Source of the DNA: Glaucostegus cemiculus
Taxonomy: Eukaryota
Assembly (NCBI GenBank): GCA_976551045.1
Contig: CDPCPM010000344.1
Span: 1,674,001-1,738,000 of the forward strand
DNA: 64,000 nucleotides
Reading direction: 5' to 3'
The position numbers and the translations under genes are program-made. The notes beneath the pieces were generated by a model. The model worked only from the letters and a program-made list of their open reading frames with translations, was not told the DNA's origin and made no database searches. This document shows positions 62,701 to 64,000 of this stretch, one piece after another (positions within the stretch are counted from its first letter, which is position 1; each line of letters begins with the position of its first letter).

Positions 62701-63678
62701 AAAGACATTTGGACAGGTGAACCATAGAACAATACAGCACACTACAGGCCCTTCAGCCCACCATGTTGTGCCGCCCTTCAAACCACACCTAAGACTAACC
62801 CCTTCCTTCCACATATCCTTCTATCTTAAATTCCTCCATATGCTTATCTAACAATCTCTTGAACTTGTCCAACGTATCAGCCTCCACCACCACCCCAGGC
62901 AGCGCATTCCATGCACCAACCACTCTCTGGGTGAAAAACCTCCCTCTGACATCTCCCCTGAACTTCCCACCCATTACCTTAAAGCCACGTCCTCTTGTAT
63001 TGAGCATTGGCACCCTGGGAAAGAGGCGCTGGCTGTCCATAGATTGTTTAGAGGTGCATGGATAGCAAAGGTTCAGAGGGATATGGGCCAACTCAGGCAA
63101 ATGGGATTAGCGTAGCTAGGCACCTTGGTCGGCATGGACGAGTTGGGCCAATCCTTAATGACAAGCCAACGTTCATCCCTCAAACATGAGTAAATAACTG
63201 GTCATTGTCATTGTTTACAACAGTTGTGCTATGGGGAAGCTTGCTGATGCACTGTAACTTTAAAAGTACTTTATTACCTGTGAAATCCATTGAGACACAC
63301 TGAGATTATAAAAGACACTATATGAATAATGATGCTTTATCTTTCTTTCCATCTGAATTCCTGGCACTGACATTAGAGTGTGAGAGTCATCTAGCTAATA
63401 GCAGCATGGAGGGCCACACCAGTCATCAATCATATTAATTGTCCCATTTGGCACCAACCAATGCATGAACAACAGAACAGTGTAATAAAATAATACCAAA
63501 GCTTTCTGTTGTGTGCATATTCAGTTCATTGCCAAATGGTATTTATCTGACATCAAATTCCGTTGTTGGTGATCTTACAGAATCCAAAACATACAAGAAG
63601 GAAATGAAGGAGTTTACATCTGCAGAGCATCTAACCAATTTGGGAAGGCACAGGACAGTGCCAAACTGGTCATCCAAG
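8578..63678 (+). CDS. HSPG2: Perlecan / basement membrane heparan sulfate proteoglycan core protein, partial (domain IV Ig repeats), 23 exons; the gene continues beyond both ends of the window
   Basis: The exons splice in frame with GT-AG ends and matching phases. Peptides [57 protein letters not shown] and [10 protein letters not shown] match recalled human HSPG2 motifs ([67 protein letters not shown]) in the same order. Confidence 0.95.
9175..9472 (+). mobile_element. tRNA-derived V-SINE, second tail type
   Basis: gggttcgattc B box, V-domain, tail ggaagttgtgggc...tttcactgtg...gtacatgtgactaataaa. Confidence 0.85.
10128..10288 (+). mobile_element. Short Penelope-like insertion with an inverted end and a degenerate hammerhead
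   Basis: gagactgcagatgctggaatctggagc followed by cctgatgcagggttttgacccaaaacgtc...ctccagcag. Confidence 0.7.
10500..10650 (+). mobile_element. V-SINE 3' tail fragment (second tail type)
   Basis: Matches 9325-9470. Confidence 0.75.
10823..10974 (+). CDS. HSPG2: HSPG2 Ig module 1, exon A ([50 protein letters not shown])
   Basis: ccccacag / gtatct, 152 nt, phase 1 to 0. Confidence 0.93.
11432..11561 (+). CDS. HSPG2: HSPG2 Ig module 1, exon B ([43 protein letters not shown])
   Basis: ttgtag / gtacgt, 130 nt, phase 0 to 1, DxGxYxC motif. Confidence 0.93.
12095..12350 (-). mobile_element. Rex1/Babar LINE 3' UTR fragment
   Basis: Reverse complement of the 39720-39935 tail (ttgtcacttgtgccgaggtacagtgaaaaacttg...). 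Confidence 0.75.
12898..13049 (+). CDS. HSPG2: HSPG2 Ig module 2, exon A ([50 protein letters not shown])
   Basis: ttccacag / gtaggt, 152 nt. Confidence 0.93.
13500..13950 (-). mobile_element. V-SINE interrupted by an inverted-repeat Penelope-like insertion (about 13610-13830)
   Basis: SINE halves lie either side; the insert has arms of about 95 nt, gcacacagaatgctggaggaactc... / ...gagttcctccagcattttgtgtgc. Confidence 0.75.
13739..13771 (+). ncRNA. Minimal hammerhead motif; core intact, 5' arm of stem I lost at the inversion junction
   Basis: CTGATGA aggatctcgacct GAAA cg TC gactg. Confidence 0.6.
14143..14269 (+). CDS. HSPG2: HSPG2 Ig module 2, exon B ([42 protein letters not shown])
   Basis: ctctag / gtacgt, 127 nt. 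Confidence 0.92.
14330..15110 (+). mobile_element. Old degenerate CR1 fragment with a small Penelope-like insert (14620-14690)
   Basis: LQKDIDKLV-like peptide, cttatgaggacagcttg, CR1-like 3' end. Confidence 0.55.
15462..16700 (-). mobile_element. Penelope-like retroelement fragment (end of RT, GIY-YIG endonuclease, 3' region with hammerhead)
   Basis: Peptides [54 protein letters not shown]; hammerhead core at 15517-15549. Confidence 0.85.
16705..17075 (-). mobile_element. Rex1/Babar LINE 3' fragment
   Basis: Homologous to 39590-39935. Confidence 0.8.
18146..18425 (+). mobile_element. V-SINE, second tail type
   Basis: ccgggttcaattcc B box, V-domain, ggaagttgtgggc tail. Confidence 0.8.
18726..18877 (+). 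CDS. HSPG2: HSPG2 Ig module 3, exon A ([50 protein letters not shown])
   Basis: ttccacag / gtaagg, 152 nt. Confidence 0.93.
18973..19096 (+). CDS. HSPG2: HSPG2 Ig module 3, exon B ([41 protein letters not shown])
   Basis: cttcag / gtatgt, 124 nt, follows a 95-nt intron. Confidence 0.93.
19386..20446. mobile_element. Foldback Penelope-like insertion: inverted arms of about 500 bp, each with a GIY-YIG C-terminus and a hammerhead
   Basis: Arms 19423-19926 and 19949-20445 are reverse complements; peptide [23 protein letters not shown]; ccattaaag flanks both sides. Confidence 0.88.
19487..19524 (-). ncRNA. Minimal type I hammerhead ribozyme motif
   Basis: Reverse complement: cagtc CTGAAGA a gggtc ct gacct GAAA cg TT gaccg. 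Confidence 0.7.
21370..21690 (+). mobile_element. Old tRNA-derived SINE, degenerate
   Basis: tttgaaatccaccatggcagctgtggaattcaat... ending in a ttaaggatgg...aataaataaaa tail. Confidence 0.45.
21745..22050 (+). mobile_element. Degenerate CR1 3' end
   Basis: ttctctcagagg...ggaattctg...gatcaatatgatcttattgaatggggaagcaggcttgag. Confidence 0.6.
22158..22309 (+). CDS. HSPG2: HSPG2 Ig module 4, exon A
   Basis: ttccacag / gtaggg, 152 nt, near-identical to module 3A. Confidence 0.92.
22405..22528 (+). CDS. HSPG2: HSPG2 Ig module 4, exon B
   Basis: cttcag / gtacgt, 124 nt. Confidence 0.92.
22925..23975. mobile_element. Second, older foldback Penelope-like insertion
   Basis: Minus arm about 22925-23380 and plus arm about 23385-23975; peptide [24 protein letters not shown]; two degenerate hammerheads. 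Confidence 0.75.
24503..24753 (-). mobile_element. Full-length V-SINE, CR1-like tail
   Basis: Reverse complement begins gggcggcacgatagcgtagcggttag; V-domain; tail. Confidence 0.88.
25453..25604 (+). CDS. HSPG2: HSPG2 Ig module 5, exon A
   Basis: ccacag/cag NAGNAG acceptor, gtaggg donor, 152 nt. Confidence 0.92.
25700..25829 (+). CDS. HSPG2: HSPG2 Ig module 5, exon B
   Basis: cttcag / gtatgt, 130 nt. Confidence 0.92.
25990..26230 (+). mobile_element. Older V-SINE
   Basis: ggcacagtggtgtggctgg...gacccggtttcaatcc...gtaaattgtccct. Confidence 0.7.
26259..26505 (+). mobile_element. Full-length V-SINE, CR1-like tail
   Basis: gggcggcacgatagcatagcagttag...ttgggccaaaagggcctgttacc. Confidence 0.88.
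27298..27449 (+). CDS. HSPG2: HSPG2 Ig module 6, exon A ([50 protein letters not shown])
   Basis: tacacag / gtaagt, 152 nt. Confidence 0.93.
27760..28710 (+). mobile_element. Two CR1 3' fragments (27760-28045 and 28330-28710)
   Basis: gtggtggaggcagat...gctgaagggcctgttcctgtgctg; ggaatttagaagagtgaggggtgatct. Confidence 0.65.
29078..29207 (+). CDS. HSPG2: HSPG2 Ig module 6, exon B ([43 protein letters not shown])
   Basis: cttcag / gtacgt, 130 nt. Confidence 0.93.
30289..30440 (+). CDS. HSPG2: HSPG2 Ig module 7, exon A ([50 protein letters not shown])
   Basis: ctccacag / gtatgt, 152 nt. Confidence 0.93.
31520..33070 (-). mobile_element. CR1 LINE 5' portion: 5' UTR, ORF1 (SGNH esterase-type) and the start of the ORF2 endonuclease
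   Basis: [48 protein letters not shown]; ORF2 ALAETWL..FKRDRE..RGG. Confidence 0.85.
33646..33775 (+). CDS. HSPG2: HSPG2 Ig module 7, exon B ([43 protein letters not shown])
   Basis: gcacag / gtacgt, 130 nt. Confidence 0.93.
35692..35885 (+). mobile_element. V-SINE
   Basis: gggcggcacagtggtgcagctggtaagagctgctg...cccgggttcaatcc. Confidence 0.75.
36755..36895 (+). CDS. HSPG2: HSPG2 exon ([46 protein letters not shown])
   Basis: ctgtag / gtacac, 141 nt, phase 1 to 1; resembles human QQGQDASFKC...LEWKT. Confidence 0.9.
36921..37094 (+). mobile_element. Penelope-like 3' fragment with tttccagcaga target-site duplication
   Basis: tttccagcaga occurs at about 36909 and about 37094; contains a near-intact hammerhead. 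Confidence 0.75.
36995..37032 (+). ncRNA. Minimal type I hammerhead ribozyme motif (Penelope-associated)
   Basis: cagtc CTGATGA aggatctcggcct GAAA cg TC aactg; one stem I mismatch next to the cleavage site. Confidence 0.7.
37470..37712 (-). mobile_element. V-SINE with CR1-like tail and an AT-rich (tttaaa)n extension at 37425-37480
   Basis: Near-identical to 24503-24753. Confidence 0.85.
38526..39936 (+). mobile_element. Rex1/Babar non-LTR retrotransposon (RT to 3' end), decayed
   Basis: [68 protein letters not shown]. Confidence 0.9.
40525..41124 (+). mobile_element. CR1 3' fragment nested in the opposite orientation
   Basis: [32 protein letters not shown]; ends ttctatgttctaa. Confidence 0.88.
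41708..42012 (-). mobile_element. Rex1/Babar 3' fragment
   Basis: Same tail as 39650-39935. Confidence 0.8.
42702..42836 (+). CDS. HSPG2: HSPG2 exon ([45 protein letters not shown])
   Basis: tgtttcag / gtacaa, 135 nt; resembles human DNVHISPNGSIITI. Confidence 0.92.
42960..43680. mobile_element. Rex tail (-, with a 20-bp triple tandem at 43041-43100) followed by a Penelope-like 3' fragment (+, 43140-43680)
   Basis: cagagtgcactgaggtagta x3; [16 protein letters not shown]; hammerhead-like motif at 43576-43613. Confidence 0.78.
43690..44095 (+). mobile_element. Old Deu-domain-type SINE (SacSINE1-like); related remnants near 36500-36675, 55140-55365 and 63150-63350
   Basis: tRNA-like head gggttcaagccccac, gtaaagaatcccacgcac, and a tail like gcacttcaaaagtacttcattggctgtaaagcgctttggg (recalled consensus). 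Confidence 0.55.
44376..44557 (+). CDS. HSPG2: HSPG2 exon ([39 protein letters not shown]...NPILR)
   Basis: ttgctag / gtgagt, 182 nt, phase 1 to 0. Confidence 0.93.
44745..45990 (-). mobile_element. CR1 fragment (-) with a nested Rex 3' fragment (45200-45560)
   Basis: [20 protein letters not shown]; Rex tail with [15 protein letters not shown]. Confidence 0.75.
46137..48748 (-). mobile_element. Long, internally deleted CR1 (ORF1 zinc-finger/zipper, ORF2 tether and RT, 3' tail); 5' UTR remnant at 49241-49335
   Basis: [19 protein letters not shown]; [16 protein letters not shown]; [13 protein letters not shown]; [15 protein letters not shown]. Confidence 0.9.
48750..49240 (+). mobile_element. 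Young CR1 3' fragment inserted into the CR1 above
   Basis: [25 protein letters not shown]; near-identical to the reverse complement of 49721-50230. Confidence 0.9.
49721..51375 (-). mobile_element. Young 5'-truncated CR1 ORF2 (RT), with one frameshift and an internal deletion
   Basis: ORFs 50667-51314 and 49553-50722 carry [35 protein letters not shown] and KFADDTK; (ttctatgg)n tail. Confidence 0.92.
52024..52219 (+). CDS. HSPG2: HSPG2 exon ([32 protein letters not shown]...[12 protein letters not shown])
   Basis: tgtttcag / gtacgg, 196 nt; resembles human [13 protein letters not shown]. Confidence 0.93.
52430..53102 (-). mobile_element. CR1 ORF2 APE endonuclease fragment
   Basis: [35 protein letters not shown]; VVMGDLNFP. 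Confidence 0.85.
54123..54302 (+). CDS. HSPG2: HSPG2 exon ([60 protein letters not shown])
   Basis: ctgtag / gtaagc, 180 nt. Confidence 0.95.
56348..56462 (-). mobile_element. 85-bp Penelope-like terminal fragment with a perfect 15-bp target-site duplication
   Basis: ctttgctggttttaa at 56348-56362 and 56448-56462. Confidence 0.8.
56624..56884 (+). CDS. HSPG2: HSPG2 exon encoding a whole Ig domain ([37 protein letters not shown]...[25 protein letters not shown])
   Basis: tccttag / gtgagt, 261 nt, phase 1 to 1. Confidence 0.95.
57880..58055 (-). mobile_element. Old V-SINE
   Basis: gggatgtggcaggagaccagagc...aatccacacagtcacagg...caccactgtgccacc. Confidence 0.6.
58273..58435 (+). CDS. HSPG2: HSPG2 exon ([54 protein letters not shown])
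   Basis: caccag / gtagga, 163 nt, phase 1 to 2; further in-frame CAGs just downstream could serve as alternative acceptors. Confidence 0.9.
58950..60322 (+). mobile_element. CR1 ORF2 RT to 3' end
   Basis: [53 protein letters not shown]. Confidence 0.92.
60870..61355 (+). mobile_element. Old LINE 3' end (CR1/L2 clade); a related minus-strand piece lies at 31325-31520
   Basis: gcagcagtgtgtacc..tgcacttcaccaactcacc..cctggaactcc..caattagg. Confidence 0.5.
61715..62085 (+). mobile_element. Rex1/Babar 3' fragment
   Basis: [35 protein letters not shown] followed by the tail. Confidence 0.85.
62095..63150 (+). mobile_element. CR1 fragments (+) with a nested young CR1 3' end (-, 62721-63040)
   Basis: [22 protein letters not shown]; the nested piece matches the 49721-50050 subfamily. 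Confidence 0.82.
63581..63678 (+). CDS. HSPG2: HSPG2 exon ([32 protein letters not shown])
   Basis: cttacag / gtaagt, 98 nt, phase 2 to 1; resembles human IQNLDQSCQGTYICQAHGPWGKAQASAQLVIQ. Confidence 0.93.
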
Positions 63679-64000
63679 GTAAGTCTGAGACAATTTGCTG
63701 GCTTAAGAGCGGTGCTGTATTCGGTTCTGGTGAAGGGTCACTGGCCTGAACGAGACTGCTGCCTGACCCCCTGAGTGTTACCAGCAGTTTCTGTTTTTCC
63801 CTTTTAGACTTGCAGCATCTGCATTTTATTTTGGATTTTTCATCCACTGTATTTGTCTGGGATCACTGTAGAAAAGAAACGATGATGTGCCTGAAGTATA
63901 TGTCATGCACTTGGATGTGATAGATTGTTTACGGAGCAGCTCCACCCCCACTGAAAGCAGTAGTGAAAGTAATGAAAATTGCAGGGGAGGTTCAGCTTCA

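Overview
This window is vertebrate genomic DNA. Its repeat families (V-SINEs, Deu-domain SINEs, CR1, Rex1/Babar and Penelope-like elements) suggest a cartilaginous fish, probably a batoid; this is an inference. The whole window lies inside one + strand gene, perlecan (HSPG2), in the Ig-repeat domain IV. I read 23 GT-AG exons by hand (8578-63678, 3451 nt, about 1150 aa) that splice in frame and match remembered human perlecan motifs. They include a tandem array of seven two-exon, frame-preserving Ig modules. Three of these modules are near-identical, down to a 95-nt intron, and others look like mosaics. Main observations: an RGDSP motif created across a splice junction; a candidate 81-nt in-frame cassette exon (2513-2593); inverted SINE pairs bracketing single Ig modules; many minimal hammerhead-ribozyme motifs carried by Penelope-like elements; and kb-scale foldback insertions, one with an empty paralogous site. 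Nearly all ORFs in the supplied track are transposon debris or antisense shadows. All homology calls come from recall and visual alignment, not database searches.
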